DNA from: Alphaproteobacteria bacterium
Lineage (GTDB): Bacteria > Pseudomonadota > Alphaproteobacteria > JAAXGF01
NCBI GenBank assembly: GCA_963555825.3
Contig: CAUVXB020000001.1
Coordinates: 1,216,001 to 1,280,000 of the forward strand
DNA length: 64,000 nucleotides
Reading direction: 5' to 3'
The first letter of the stretch is position 1. Each line of letters begins with the position of its first letter. Of this stretch, positions 20,489 to 31,563 are shown one piece after another. Under the pieces are notes generated by a model that saw only the letters and a list, made by a program, of their open reading frames with translations, had not been told where the DNA came from and made no database searches. The position numbers and the translations under genes are program-made.

Positions 20489-22075
20489 ATGAAACAACTC
20501 GATTTCTATGCCAAGCTCCTCGAGCACGGCAATATCTCGCGGCGCGAATTCATGGGCCGCGCGGCGGCCCTGGGCGTCACCGTCGGGCTTGCCTCGACGA
20601 TGGCCGGCAAGGCCATCGCGGCGACGCCCAAGAAGGGTGGCCACGTAAGGGCCGGTATCGGGCACGGCTCGACGACCGACTCGCTCGATCCGGGGACCTA
20701 TGAGAACAACTTCATGGGGCAGGTCAACTTCGCCACCAACAACGTGCTGGCGGAAATCGGCACATCCGGCCAACTCGAGCCGAACCTGGCGGAAAGCTGG
20801 GAGGCCTCGGACGACGCCGCTGTCTGGCGCTTCAAGATTCGCCAGGGCGTCGAGTTCCACAACGGCAAGACGCTCACCGTTGAAGACGTGTTGGCGTCGG
20901 TCAACCACCACCGCGGCGAGGATACCACATCGGCCGCCAAACCGCTTCTCGAGACGATCACTGACATCTCGATCGACGGCAAGGATACGCTGGTCGTATC
21001 GCTGGAGGGCGGCAACGCCGACTTCCCCTTCACCATTAGCGATTATCATATCGCCATCATGCCGTCCAAGGACGGCGTGATGCAGTGGAGCGAGGGCATC
21101 GGCACCGGCGGCTACAAGCTTGCGAACTTCGATCCCGGCGTGCGCGCCGATCTCACCCGGAACCCCAACTACTGGAAGGAAGGCGCCGCGCATTTCGACA
21201 GTTTGGAAATCCTCTCGATCATCGACGTGACGGCTCGCACCAATGCGCTGACCACCGGCGAGATCGACGTCATGGACCGGGTCGACATCAAGACCCTGCA
21301 CCTGCTCGAGCGCAACGAGAACATCAAAGTGGAGGAGACGACGGGCACGGCGCATTACACCGCACCGATGCGCACCGACACGCCGCCCTTCGACGACAAC
21401 AACGTCCGCATGGCGCTCAAGCTCGCCTTCGACCGCGACGCCATGCTGCGCACCGTGCTGCGCGGCCACGGCTCGGTCGGCAACGACCACCCGATCAGCA
21501 CCGCCAACCGCTATCACGCCGCGGCGCTGCCGCAACGCACCTACGACCCGGAGAAGGCCAAGTGGCACCTCAAGGAGGCCGGGCTTTCGAGCCTGAAGGT
21601 CGACCTCAGCGCCGCCGACGCCGCCTTCGCCGGTGCCGTCGATGCCGCTGTTCTCTATAAGGAGCACGCCGCCAAGGCCGGCATCGACATCAACGTCGTC
21701 CGCGAGCCCAACGACGGCTACTGGTCGGCGGTGTGGATGGCAAAGCCCTGGTGCATGTGCTACTGGGGCGGCCGGCCGACCGAGGACGGCATGTTCTCGA
21801 CGGCCTACGCGGCGGACGCGGACTGGAACGACACGTTCTGGGACCACGAGAAGTTCAACAAGCTGCTCGTCGAGGCCCGCGCCGAGCTCAACGACGCCAA
21901 GCGCCGCGAGATGTACTTCGAGATGCAACAGATTTGCAGCGACGAGGGTGGCGTGGTCGTGCCCATGTTCAACAACTACGTATTCGCCATTTCGACGAAG
22001 ATCGAGCACGGGCCGATGCAGGGCAACTGGGATCTCGACGGCAGTCTGTGGATGGAGCGCTGGTGGTTCGCCTAA
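20489..22075 (+). CDS. Peptide/nickel (family 5) ABC substrate-binding protein 1, Tat signal
   Basis: SRREFM twin-arginine; LAESWE, IRQGVEFHNGK, GTGGY. Confidence 0.95.
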   Translation: MKQLDFYAKLLEHGNISRREFMGRAAALGVTVGLASTMAGKAIAATPKKGGHVRAGIGHGSTTDSLDPGTYENNFMGQVNFATNNVLAEIGTSGQLEPNLAESWEASDDAAVWRFKIRQGVEFHNGKTLTVEDVLASVNHHRGEDTTSAAKPLLETITDISIDGKDTLVVSLEGGNADFPFTISDYHIAIMPSKDGVMQWSEGIGTGGYKLANFDPGVRADLTRNPNYWKEGAAHFDSLEILSIIDVTARTNALTTGEIDVMDRVDIKTLHLLERNENIKVEETTGTAHYTAPMRTDTPPFDDNNVRMALKLAFDRDAMLRTVLRGHGSVGNDHPISTANRYHAAALPQRTYDPEKAKWHLKEAGLSSLKVDLSAADAAFAGAVDAAVLYKEHAAKAGIDINVVREPNDGYWSAVWMAKPWCMCYWGGRPTEDGMFSTAYAADADWNDTFWDHEKFNKLLVEARAELNDAKRREMYFEMQQICSDEGGVVVPMFNNYVFAISTKIEHGPMQGNWDLDGSLWMERWWFA

Positions 22076-22111
22076 ACACCGGTATCCGACGATAGAAGAC
22101 GAGGGGGGCCA

Positions 22112-22380
22112 ATGGGCAAGTTCGTCGCCGTGATCGGCGCTGGGCTTGCTCACCCTCCCCGTCGTCTCGGCAATCACCTGGTTGAGCGTCGGTTCCATCC
22201 CTGTAACGTAAGCTATGGCAATTCTGGGATGGGTGGCGACGTCCGAAACTGCCGCCGGCCCGACGCCGCGCGACGTGCCGGTGCTAGCGCTACGCTCGCC
22301 CGATAACTCATTCCAAGGATCAGGCATCCGGGCGGCGAGTTCTGCGCCATTTGGCTGGCCCCCGACATCCCGCCCGACAA
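22112..22380 (+). pseudogene. Decayed remnants of a permease 5' end and of a cocE internal segment
   Basis: 22112-22157 resembles the start of the permease at 24262. GGGCGGCGAGTTCTGCGCCAT (about 22330) matches cocE at about 19373. Confidence 0.7.
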
Positions 22381-22607
22381 CCTCTCGTGATTGCCGAGAA
22401 CGGACACTTGACAGACGCATGCAATTGCGCCCAGAGTCGATCCAGCAACATCTGGGAAACCAACGCCGCATAATGGCTGCCGGATGATCGGCTGGGGGGC
22501 TCATCCCGAGGAGCGTGACAGCAATGTCCGCGGATCAGGGCCGGCGCTCGAACCGGAAGAGGCTTGGTTCGAACCTCTGTGCGGCATAATCTGATGGGAG
22601 GAACGTC

Positions 22608-24209
22608 ATGAAAGAACTCGATTTCTACGCCAAGCTCCTCGAGCATGGCAAAATTTCGCGGCGTGAATTCATGGGCCGCGCGGCGGCCCTGGGCGTCACC
22701 GTCGGCCTCGCCTCGACCCTGGCCGGCAAGGCCATCGCGGCGACGCCGAAGAAGGGCGGACGCCTGCGCTTGGGAATCACCGGCGGCGGATCGGGCGACA
22801 CCCTCGATCCGGCGCAGATTCTCGACACCTACATGACAATGGTGAGTTTCGGGCAGTTGCGCAATTGCCTGACCGAAATTGCGCCGGACGGCAGCCTGAT
22901 CGGCGAACTGGCGGAAAGCTGGGAAGCCACGGATGATGCCGTCACTTGGACCTTCAAGATCAGGCAGGGCGTCGAGTTCCACAACGGCAAGACGCTGGAC
23001 GCTAACGATGTTGTGGAATCGATCAATCACCATCGCGGTGAAGATACCAAGTCGGCGGCCAAGGGCATCATTTCCCCGATCCAGGACATCAAGGCGGACG
23101 GTAAGAGCGTGGTGGTCATCACCCTGAGTGGTGGCAGCGCTGATTTCCCCTTCCTGATGAGCGATTACCACCTGGGCATCTGCCCCGCGAAGTCGGGCGG
23201 CGGAATAGATTGGGAATCGGGTGTCGGCACCGGCGGATACGTGCTCCAGTCATTCGACCCGGGCGTACGGACCCTGACCACAAGAAGTCCGAACTATTGG
23301 AAGACGGGCTACGGCCATTTCGACGAGATTGAATCGCTCTTTATTGCGGACGCGTCCGCACGGACCAGCGCCCTGCAAACGGGCGAGATCGATGTGATGA
23401 CCAACGTCGAACTGAAAACGGTAAAACTGTTAAGCAAGGCGCCAGGGGTTGTTGTGTTCAAGACAACCGGCAACAAGCACGTTACCTTGCCCATGCATAC
23501 GAATAAGGCGCCTTTCGACAACAACGATGTGCGTCTAGCGCTCAAGTACGCGATCGACCGCGAACAGTGGCTCAGGGTCATCGTGAAGGGGTACGGGGAA
23601 GTTGGAAACGACATCCCACTCGGACCGGCGAACGTTTACCGCGCGACCACGGATGAAATTCCGCAACGGAACTACGATCCGGACAAGGCCAAGTTCCATC
23701 TTAAAAAGGCCGGCTACGATAGCATCGACCTGCAATTCCACGCTAGCGACACGGCATTTGGAGGGGCCGTCGATGCCGGGCAGCTCTATGCAGAATCGGC
23801 TAGGCCGGCGGGCATCAATCTCGAGGTGGTGCGCGCACCGGCGGATGGTTATTGGTCGAGTGTCTGGCTTAAGGAACCCTTCATGGCCAGCTATTGGGGC
23901 GGTCGGCCGACCGAGGACTGGATGTTCTCGCAGGTCTACTCCTCTGGCGCGGACTGGAACGAGACCTTCTGGGACCACGAGCGCTTCAACGAGCTACTCG
24001 TCGCAGCCCGGGGGGAACTCGACGCGGCAAAGCGCCGCGAGCAATACGTCGAGATGCAGCGCATCGTCCACGACGATGGCGGCGTGATTGTTCCTCTCTT
24101 CATGTCTTACGTCCAGGCCGCTAGCGACAAACTCCACCTGCCAGAGCAGATGGCGAGCAACTGGGAACTTGATGGCAACAAATGCACCGAGCGCTGGTGG
24201 TTCGCCTAA
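22608..24209 (+). CDS. Peptide/nickel (family 5) ABC substrate-binding protein 2, Tat signal
   Basis: Same family motifs; signal peptide nearly identical to SBP1. Confidence 0.95.
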   Translation: MKELDFYAKLLEHGKISRREFMGRAAALGVTVGLASTLAGKAIAATPKKGGRLRLGITGGGSGDTLDPAQILDTYMTMVSFGQLRNCLTEIAPDGSLIGELAESWEATDDAVTWTFKIRQGVEFHNGKTLDANDVVESINHHRGEDTKSAAKGIISPIQDIKADGKSVVVITLSGGSADFPFLMSDYHLGICPAKSGGGIDWESGVGTGGYVLQSFDPGVRTLTTRSPNYWKTGYGHFDEIESLFIADASARTSALQTGEIDVMTNVELKTVKLLSKAPGVVVFKTTGNKHVTLPMHTNKAPFDNNDVRLALKYAIDREQWLRVIVKGYGEVGNDIPLGPANVYRATTDEIPQRNYDPDKAKFHLKKAGYDSIDLQFHASDTAFGGAVDAGQLYAESARPAGINLEVVRAPADGYWSSVWLKEPFMASYWGGRPTEDWMFSQVYSSGADWNETFWDHERFNELLVAARGELDAAKRREQYVEMQRIVHDDGGVIVPLFMSYVQAASDKLHLPEQMASNWELDGNKCTERWWFA

Positions 24210-24261
24210 TCACCAGCATCCGATAATAGAGGTCCGATGATAGAGGGGGTGGGGAAGCTCG

Positions 24262-25218
24262 ATGGGTAAGCTTGTTGCCATGATCGCCCGTCGGCTGGGG
24301 CTGGGCTTGCTCACCCTCTTCATCGTCTCGGTGTTCATTTCGCTGGGGGTCGAGTTCCTTCCCGGCGACTTGGCCTTGGCAATCCTGGGGCAGGCGGCGA
24401 CGCCCGAAACCGTCGCCGCCATGCGCGAGCAGCTTGGCCTCGACCTACCCCTGCACGAGCGCTACTTCACTTGGCTGTGGGGCATGTTGCAGGGCGACAT
24501 GGGCGTGTCGCTGGCCAATCAGCGCGAGATCTCCGAGCTGATCGGCGTGCGCCTCGGGAACACCCTGTTCCTGGCCATGATCGCTGCCATCGTTTCGGTG
24601 CCGCTGGCGGTGACGCTCGGAATTCTCGCGGCGCTTTACCGCTACAGCTTTTACGACCGCTTCGTTAACATCTTGACGCTGAGTTCGATTTCCTTCCCCG
24701 AATTCTTCGTCGCTTACATCCTGGTGCTGTTCCTGGCGGTCAACCTCGGCTGGTTCCCGAGCATCTCGAACGTCAGCCCAGGTCTGGGCTTCTGGGAACA
24801 GGCCTACCGGGTTTCGCTGCCGGCGCTGACCCTGACGCTCGTGGTCATCGCCCATATGATGCGCATGACCCGCGCGGCGATCATCAATCTGCTGGCCAGC
24901 CCTTACATCGAAATGGCCGGCCTCAAGGGCATGCCCCGCGGGCGCATCATCGTCAAGCACGCCCTGCCCAATGCGCTCGCGCCGATCATCAACGTGATCG
25001 TCATTAACCTCGCCTATCTGGTGGTCGGCGTGGTCATCGTCGAGGTGGTGTTCGTCTATCCCGGTCTCGGCCAACTGCTGGTCGATTCGGTTTCCAAGCG
25101 CGACATTCCGGTGGTGCAGGCAAGCGCCCTGATCTTCGCGGGCACTTATATCCTGCTCAATCTAACGGCCGACGTGCTGTCGATCGCCACCAACCCGCGC
25201 CTGATGCATCCGCGGTGA
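24262..25218 (+). CDS. ABC transporter permease (DppB-like)
   Basis: LPGD..LGLDLPLHERY, HALPNALAP, VFVYPGLG, NPRL. Confidence 0.95.
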   Translation: MGKLVAMIARRLGLGLLTLFIVSVFISLGVEFLPGDLALAILGQAATPETVAAMREQLGLDLPLHERYFTWLWGMLQGDMGVSLANQREISELIGVRLGNTLFLAMIAAIVSVPLAVTLGILAALYRYSFYDRFVNILTLSSISFPEFFVAYILVLFLAVNLGWFPSISNVSPGLGFWEQAYRVSLPALTLTLVVIAHMMRMTRAAIINLLASPYIEMAGLKGMPRGRIIVKHALPNALAPIINVIVINLAYLVVGVVIVEVVFVYPGLGQLLVDSVSKRDIPVVQASALIFAGTYILLNLTADVLSIATNPRLMHPR

Positions 25219-25235
25219 TCAGGGGAGCGTGAACG

Positions 25236-26405
25236 ATGGTGTCAATCTCGATGGAAGGCGCGCTGCCCGCTAAGCCCTCGCCCTGGGCCTGCCGGCTTTC
25301 GGTGACGGCGGTGCATTTCTTCGTCCTCGTCCTGTTCCTGCAGAACATGAACGCGGACACTTGGCTGGCAATCCTCGGCGTCATCGTGGTGCATGTGTAC
25401 AGCGCGATTGCGCTCTACCTCTGGAGCAATCTCGAGAGAAGCACGGCGGGCGACACCGTCATCGTCGCGGTAACGCTCGAATTTATCTTGATCGCTGTGC
25501 TTTTCTGGGACCGCTTCAGCGACTGGCCCTGGTCGACCTTCTTCGGCCTCTTCGTCATGCAATCTTGCGCGTACCTTGGGGTCCGCTTTTGGCAGGGCCT
25601 GAGCAAGGCGCCGCTGGCGGCCTGGTTCGGGCTCGTCGTCATCCTGCTTTACGTGTTGATGGCCGCCGCCGCGCCGGTGATCGCGCCATTCGGCGAGTCC
25701 GAAATAGTCGGCTACGAGTACGAACCCTGGGGCGGTGAGTACCTGCTGGGTACCGACAATCTCGGCCGCGACATGCTGACACGGCTGATCTATGGCGGCC
25801 GCAACACCATCGGCATCGCCTTCGCCACCACCTGCCTGGCCTTCGTGTTGGGTGCGATGGGTGGCTTCATGGCGGCAACGCTCGGCGGCTGGGTCGATCA
25901 GGCCCTCGGCCGGCTCTGCGACATCATGATGGCGATCCCGGGACTGATCTTCATTCTCATGATCCTGTCGGTCACCGGCACCTCGATCCCGACGCTGATC
26001 GTGGTCATCGGGGTCCTCGATTCGACGCGCGTCTTCCGCCTGTCCCGCGCCGTCGCCATGAACATCGTGGTGATGGATTACGTCGAGGCGGCGCGGCTGC
26101 GCGGCGAGGGACTGTGGTGGATCATGCGACGCGAGGTGCTGCCCAACGCCATGGCGCCGCTGGTCGCCGAGTTCGGCCTGCGTTTCTGCTTCGTCTTCCT
26201 GACCCTCAGCGCCCTTAGCTTCCTCGGCCTCGGTATTCAACCGCCGCTCGCCGACTGGGGCAGTATGGTGCGCGACAACGCTACCCTGATCACCTTCGGC
26301 GACATCACGCCGTTGCTGCCGGCGGCCGCGATCGCGCTGTTGACGGTGGGCGTCAATTTCGTCGTCGATTGGTTCCTGCACATAACCAGCGGATTGCGCG
26401 AATGA
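25236..26405 (+). CDS. ABC transporter permease (DppC-like) with extra N-terminal TM segments
   Basis: LLGTDNLGRD, DYVEAARLRGE, EVLPN, LSFLGLG, DWG. Confidence 0.93.
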   Translation: MVSISMEGALPAKPSPWACRLSVTAVHFFVLVLFLQNMNADTWLAILGVIVVHVYSAIALYLWSNLERSTAGDTVIVAVTLEFILIAVLFWDRFSDWPWSTFFGLFVMQSCAYLGVRFWQGLSKAPLAAWFGLVVILLYVLMAAAAPVIAPFGESEIVGYEYEPWGGEYLLGTDNLGRDMLTRLIYGGRNTIGIAFATTCLAFVLGAMGGFMAATLGGWVDQALGRLCDIMMAIPGLIFILMILSVTGTSIPTLIVVIGVLDSTRVFRLSRAVAMNIVVMDYVEAARLRGEGLWWIMRREVLPNAMAPLVAEFGLRFCFVFLTLSALSFLGLGIQPPLADWGSMVRDNATLITFGDITPLLPAAAIALLTVGVNFVVDWFLHITSGLRE

Positions 26406-28063
26406 GCACTGATGGCGAAAATGGCGAGGCCCGCGGCGCCAAGGGCGACATACTGCTCGAAATGCGCGGGCTCAAGCTCGAGGGCCAGGCCGACGATCAG
26501 TGGCATGGTATCGTCCACGGCGTCGACGTTACGCTGCGCCGCGGCGAGGTGCTGGGGCTGATCGGCGAATCGGGCGCCGGCAAGTCGACCATCGGCATCG
26601 CCGCCATGGGCTTCGCCCGGCCCGGCTGCCGCATCAGCGGCGGCACCATCGTGTTCGACGGCATCGATCTCCTGGGCATCAGCGAGGAGGCGAGGCGCAA
26701 GATACGCGGTGCGCGCATCGCCTATGTGGCGCAAAGCGCGGCGGCCGCCTTCAACCCGGCCCACAAGCTGATCGACCAGTGCACCGAAATGCCGGTGCAG
26801 CACGGCGTCATGCCGCTCGCCGAGGCCGAGACCGACGCCATCGACATCTTCACCCGTTTGCAGCTACCCGACCCGGATACCATCGGCTTCCGTTATCCCC
26901 ATCAGGTGTCCGGCGGCCAGTTGCAGCGCGCCATGACCGCCATGGCCATGTCGTGCCGGCCCGACCTGATCATCTTCGACGAGCCGACGACGGCGCTCGA
27001 CGTGACCACCCAGATCGAGGTGTTGGCGGCGATCAGGAGGATCGTCAAACAGTTCGACACCGCGGCCATCTACATCACGCACGACCTCGCCGTGGTGGCC
27101 CAGATGGCCGACAGAATCATGGTCTTGCAGTACGGCCATTTGGTCGAGGAGGGCTTCGCCCGCGACATGATCGCCAATCCCAAGGAAGAGTACACCGCCA
27201 AGCTTCTCGCGGTGCGCAGCTTCCGCAAGGAAGGGGCCCTCGAAACCGACCACGACATTCCGCTGCTCAAGGTCGAGAACGTCACCGCGAGCTACGGCGG
27301 CGAGATTACCGTGCTCAAGAACGTCAGCGTGGAAATTCACCACGCCCGCACGGTGGCGGTGGTCGGCGAATCGGGCAGCGGCAAGTCGACCCTGGCCCGC
27401 GCCATCACCGGCCTGCTGCCGCCGAGCGAGGGCCAAGTCAGCTATGGCGGCGAAATCCTGCCTCCTGCCCTGGCCGACCGTAGCCGAGACCAGCTCCGCC
27501 GGATGCAGATGATCTATCAGATGCCCGACACGGCGGTGAACCCGAAACATCGCATCCGCGAGATCATCGGCCGCCCGCTCGAGTTCTATCTCGGCCTCAA
27601 GGGCGACGACAAGGAAGTCCGGCTCAGGGAGCTGCTCGAGATGATCGAGCTCGATCCCGACGAGTTCATCGACCGCTTCCCAGGTGAGCTTTCGGGCGGC
27701 CAGAAGCAGCGCGTCTGCATCGCCCGCGCGCTCGCTGCCGAGCCCGAGTTGATCATCTGCGACGAGGTCACCTCGGCGCTCGACCAGCTGGTTGCCGAGG
27801 AAATCCTAAAGCTCCTGCAGCGCCTACAGGACGACCTTCAAGTGTCCTACATGTTCATCACCCACGACCTCGCCACGGTGCGGGCGATCGCCGACGAAGT
27901 CGTCGTCATGCTGCAGGGCGAAATCGTCGAGCAGGGCCCGAAGGAAGAAATCTTCACCCCGCCGCACCACGAATACACCGAGCTGCTGCTCTCGTCGGTA
28001 CCCGAGATGGACACCGAGTGGCTCGACAATCTGCTCGCCAAACGCGCGGCCGCAGCAGGTTAG
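26402..28063 (+). CDS. ABC transporter ATP-binding protein, two fused ATPase domains
   Basis: GESGAGKS / [12 protein letters not shown] twice, DEPTTALD / DEVTSALD; ATGA overlap with the permease. Confidence 0.95.
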   Translation: MSTDGENGEARGAKGDILLEMRGLKLEGQADDQWHGIVHGVDVTLRRGEVLGLIGESGAGKSTIGIAAMGFARPGCRISGGTIVFDGIDLLGISEEARRKIRGARIAYVAQSAAAAFNPAHKLIDQCTEMPVQHGVMPLAEAETDAIDIFTRLQLPDPDTIGFRYPHQVSGGQLQRAMTAMAMSCRPDLIIFDEPTTALDVTTQIEVLAAIRRIVKQFDTAAIYITHDLAVVAQMADRIMVLQYGHLVEEGFARDMIANPKEEYTAKLLAVRSFRKEGALETDHDIPLLKVENVTASYGGEITVLKNVSVEIHHARTVAVVGESGSGKSTLARAITGLLPPSEGQVSYGGEILPPALADRSRDQLRRMQMIYQMPDTAVNPKHRIREIIGRPLEFYLGLKGDDKEVRLRELLEMIELDPDEFIDRFPGELSGGQKQRVCIARALAAEPELIICDEVTSALDQLVAEEILKLLQRLQDDLQVSYMFITHDLATVRAIADEVVVMLQGEIVEQGPKEEIFTPPHHEYTELLLSSVPEMDTEWLDNLLAKRAAAAG

Positions 28064-28073
28064 TCCTTCGTCC

Positions 28074-28787
28074 ATGGCTCATCCGAGCCAGTCACTGACT
28101 AGAGCCGCGGTCTGTTTCGGCGCCACCTTAATCTGTCTCACATTCTGTACGGCCGGCGTCCAGGCGCAGGCCGACCGCTGGACCATGCTCATGGACGCCG
28201 CCGCCGCCGCCCACCAACGCGGCGACATCGACGAGGCCCAACGGCGTCTCGGGCTGGCGCTCGGCGCGGCCGAAGAGATCGCCGCCGACGACCCGCGCGT
28301 CGCCGAGACGCTCGCCGCGCTCGGTTCGCTGTACTACGAGCGGAACCGACTCGCCGAAGCGGCCACGCTGCTCGATCGCGCGCTGGCAATCGACCACAAG
28401 TCATTGCCACCGAACGACACCAAAACCGCCGTCCATCTCACCGCGCAGGGTCTCGTGCGCGCACAACTCGGTGATTTCGACGCCGCCGCGGCGCACCACG
28501 GCCGCGCGCTTACCATCTATCAGGCAGCTCTCGGCGCCGATCATCCACGGGTCACGACCGCCATGGAGAGCCTGGCTGGCGTCTATCTCATGGCCGGTCG
28601 CTACGCCAAGGCAGCGCCCCACTACGCCCGTTTTCTCGAACGCATGGAAGCCAAGCTTGGCGCGGTACACCCGGATCTCGTTCCGATCCTCAATTCCTAT
28701 GCACTCGCGTTGCGCAACCTCGATCGTGACGACGAGGCGTCGAAACTCGAAGCACGCGCCGACGCGATCCGCGCGAGAAGCGACTAA
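28074..28787 (+). CDS. Secreted TPR (kinesin-light-chain-like) repeat protein
   Basis: Signal peptide; repeats RALAID..LPPND, RALTIYQAALGADHPRV, EAKLGAVHPDL. Confidence 0.85.
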   Translation: MAHPSQSLTRAAVCFGATLICLTFCTAGVQAQADRWTMLMDAAAAAHQRGDIDEAQRRLGLALGAAEEIAADDPRVAETLAALGSLYYERNRLAEAATLLDRALAIDHKSLPPNDTKTAVHLTAQGLVRAQLGDFDAAAAHHGRALTIYQAALGADHPRVTTAMESLAGVYLMAGRYAKAAPHYARFLERMEAKLGAVHPDLVPILNSYALALRNLDRDDEASKLEARADAIRARSD

Positions 28788-28820
28788 TTCCCTACCCCGG
28801 AATTCGGCGCAACAGCCGTG

Positions 28821-29372
28821 TTATCCGGCCGCTTGGACTGGCTCGCGCACGCCGCCCCGCGGCGCGCCCGCCTCGATGTTGCCCCACAGCACCTCGTGGC
28901 CTTCGGGCAGCGCCCGGCTGTTCGGCATCGATAGCCAGAGGCGCATGAGCAAGCGATCGCTGTTCGCCGCATCGTCGTCTTCATAGGCGGTGCGCGCGTG
29001 ATAGACGACGTGGTTGTTGATGAAGTTGATGTCGCCCGCTTCGAGCGCGACGTGGTGGCACAGCTCCTCGGCGATCGCGGCGTGCAGATCGAGCGCCTCG
29101 TCTTGATCCGCCGTCATCTTGGGCACGCCGGGCAGATTCTGCGCCGCTTCGACGAAGGTGCGCGAGTAGTGACTGGTGAAGCGGCCATCCCGCAGTCCCC
29201 AGACCGGCAAGGCATAATAGGCGTTCTCGCCGCCCAGCTCCTCGCCCAGCCGACTGCGGTAGTAGTCGCCGTAGAGCAGCGCGCATAGCTCGGGCCGGCG
29301 CGCGAGCATCGCGTTGTGGACGGCGACCGAGCTGGCCAGCTTGCTGACGCCGCCCGCCTTGGCCGGGCGCAC
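28821..29372 (-). pseudogene. TauD/TfdA-family Fe(II)/2OG dioxygenase, C-terminal half, truncated by IS256
   Basis: AKAGGVSKLASSVAVHN, LEAGDINFINNHVVYHARTAYED, RLLMRLWL. Confidence 0.88.
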
Positions 29373-30824
29373 GGGGATGTCCCGGGCTCTGTTGAAAAGC
29401 TGAAGTAGGCGTCGTCCGCCTGGAGCCGCTAGGCTCTGGGTGCTGATTCCATCAAGGAGAACGACGCCATGACCAAGACTACACGCAACGACCGTTCCTC
29501 GGAACCATCCTGTCGGCTCTTGCCATCGATGCCGGAGGCCTTCGACGATCTGCGCATGAGCGTCGATCGCTTCTGCCTTTTGGCGGGCCTCGAGTCTTTG
29601 AACGAGATGATGTCGGCGGACGCGGAAGCCTTGTGCGGTTCGCGCCACGCCCGCTCGGGCGAGCGCAAGGGCCATCGATGGGGCACGACCCGGAGCGAGA
29701 TCGCCTACCACGGCGGCAAAGTGAAGGTCGAGCGCCCTCGGGTGCGGGACTTCGCGGGTCGGGAGATGAGCCTGCCGAGTTGGGAGCTGCTGTCGGAACC
29801 CGAACTCTTGCAAGCCTGGGCGATGAATCTGATGGTGATCAACGTCTCGACCCGCAAGTATGCCCGCGCGGTGCGCCTGCCGGACGATGCGGGCGGCGAT
29901 CTGCCGGCGGCATCGGGTGACGCAACCTCGAAGTCGGCGGTCTCGCGCCGTTTCGTGGCGTTGACGCGAAGCAAGCTGAAGGCCTGGCTGGCGAGCCCGC
30001 TCGACGATCTCGATCTCGTGGTGCTCCAGATCGACGGGCTCCATGTCGGCGATCACCTGATGGTGGCGGCGATCGGCATCGACACCGGCGGCGCGAAGCA
30101 CGTGCTGGGCCTGGCCGAGGGCGCGACGGAGAACGCAGCCACGGTGCAAGCCATGCTCGACAACCTGATCGAGCGCGGTCTCGATCCCGAACGGCCTCGG
30201 CTCTACATCGTCGACGGCGCCAAGGCGCTCTCGAAGGCGATCCGGCGGACCTTCGGGCGGGCGGCGGCCCTCCAGCGCTGCCAGGTGCACAAGGGGGCGC
30301 AACATCACGGACCGGCTGGACGAGAGCCTCCATGCCGGCGTCAGGAAGGTCTTGCGGCAGGCCTGGCAGCAGGACGACGCGGCCAAGGCCGAACGGCTCT
30401 TGCGCAACCTCGCCCGCCGTCTGGAGCATGACGCACCCGGCGTCTCGGGCTCGATCCTGGAGGGCCTGGACGATATCCTGACCGTGATCCGGCTCGGCCT
30501 CCCGCCGCAACTTCGACACTCGCTGGCTTGCACCAACGCCATCGAGAACGCGATCGGCACCGTCCGGACGGTGCAGCGGAACGTCAAGCGCTGGCGCAAC
30601 GCCGAGATGGCGCTGCGTTGGACCGCCGCCGGCCTCTTGGAGGCGCAAAAGACCTTCCGCCGCCTCAAGGCCTACCGCCAGCTCCCCGTCCTTGACGCCG
30701 CCCTGCGGGAGGCGGTGAGAAAGGCCGGAGCAAAGTCCGTCATTGAAGACATCGAGGTGGCCGCGTAGCCTCTCGATCAGACGATGCCTATCTCGCACTT
30801 TTCAACATTGGGCGGGACATCGCC
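29373..30824 (+). mobile_element. IS256-family element; transposase 29469-30768 with one frameshift near 30295
   Basis: IR GGGGATGTCCCG..TGTTGAAAAG / CTTTTCAACA..CGGGACATCGCC; VSTRKY, QIDG, IVDGAKAL, QRCQVHK, TNAIE. Confidence 0.92.
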
Positions 30825-30851
30825 AGCTATATTCCGGCGAGTGGAAGCATC

Positions 30852-30890
30852 CTACATGTAGTGGGTGTCTGCATTAACCGGATAGGCACG
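30852..30890. mobile_element. Orphan end related to the IR of the 14790-15544 cassette
   Basis: CTACATGTAGTGGGTGTCTGCATTAACCGGATAGGCACG versus CTACATATAGTGGGTGTGGGTGATAACCGGATAGGCAAG. Confidence 0.75.
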
Positions 30891-30908
30891 GGTCCTACTA
30901 TCTCTGTC

Positions 30909-31472
30909 TCAGGCCGATTCGCCCTGACACTCATGCGGCACATCGCCGTCGATCCGGCCAGCAGCCCGAAGTTCCTCTATGAAGCCGAAACTCTCCCGGT
31001 CCTCGATGCGGTCGAGATAGAGGATGCCGTCGAGGTGATCGCATTCGTGTTGGACGACGCGCGCATGAAACCCCTGCGCCTCTCGATCGATCTCCTTGCC
31101 GTCCGCATCCAGTCCACGATAGCGGATACGCGTATAGCGGGGAACCAGGCCGCGCATGCCGGGCACGCTCAGGCACCCCTCCCAATCCGAATTCATTTCT
31201 TCCCCGGCGGGCGAGATTCCCGGGTTGATCAGGATCGTCAGCGGAACAGGCGGGGCATCGGGATAGCGGGGGTTCTTGTCGACCCCGAAGATCACGACGC
31301 GAAGTGCCACACCGATCTGAGGCGCGGCCAAACCTGCCCCGTCGAAGGCCTTCATGGTGTCCAGCATATCGTTGATCAGGTTAGCGAGCTTGTCGTCACC
31401 AAACCAGTCTACGACACTCGCCTTCAGTCTTAGTCGCGGATCGCCCATCCGCAGGACTTCACGTACCGACAT
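30909..31472 (-). CDS. def: Peptide deformylase
   Basis: GAGLAAPQIG, EGCLSVPG, QHECDHLDG motifs. Confidence 0.97.
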   Translation of the reverse strand: MSVREVLRMGDPRLRLKASVVDWFGDDKLANLINDMLDTMKAFDGAGLAAPQIGVALRVVIFGVDKNPRYPDAPPVPLTILINPGISPAGEEMNSDWEGCLSVPGMRGLVPRYTRIRYRGLDADGKEIDREAQGFHARVVQHECDHLDGILYLDRIEDRESFGFIEELRAAGRIDGDVPHECQGESA

Positions 31473-31563
31473 TCAGTTTTCTCCTACTCACTCCGAGAGC
31501 CCATCCTCGCTACGATCCTCGCTTCCAGACACGCCCGCCACTGTCAACGGCCGCGGGAATATG

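Noticed and set aside
20399-22504. 701-aa minus-strand ORF
   Set aside because: Antisense shadow of SBP1.
28821-30668. 615-aa TauD fusion protein
   Set aside because: The N-terminal part is the antisense strand of IS256; only 28821-29372 is TauD-like.
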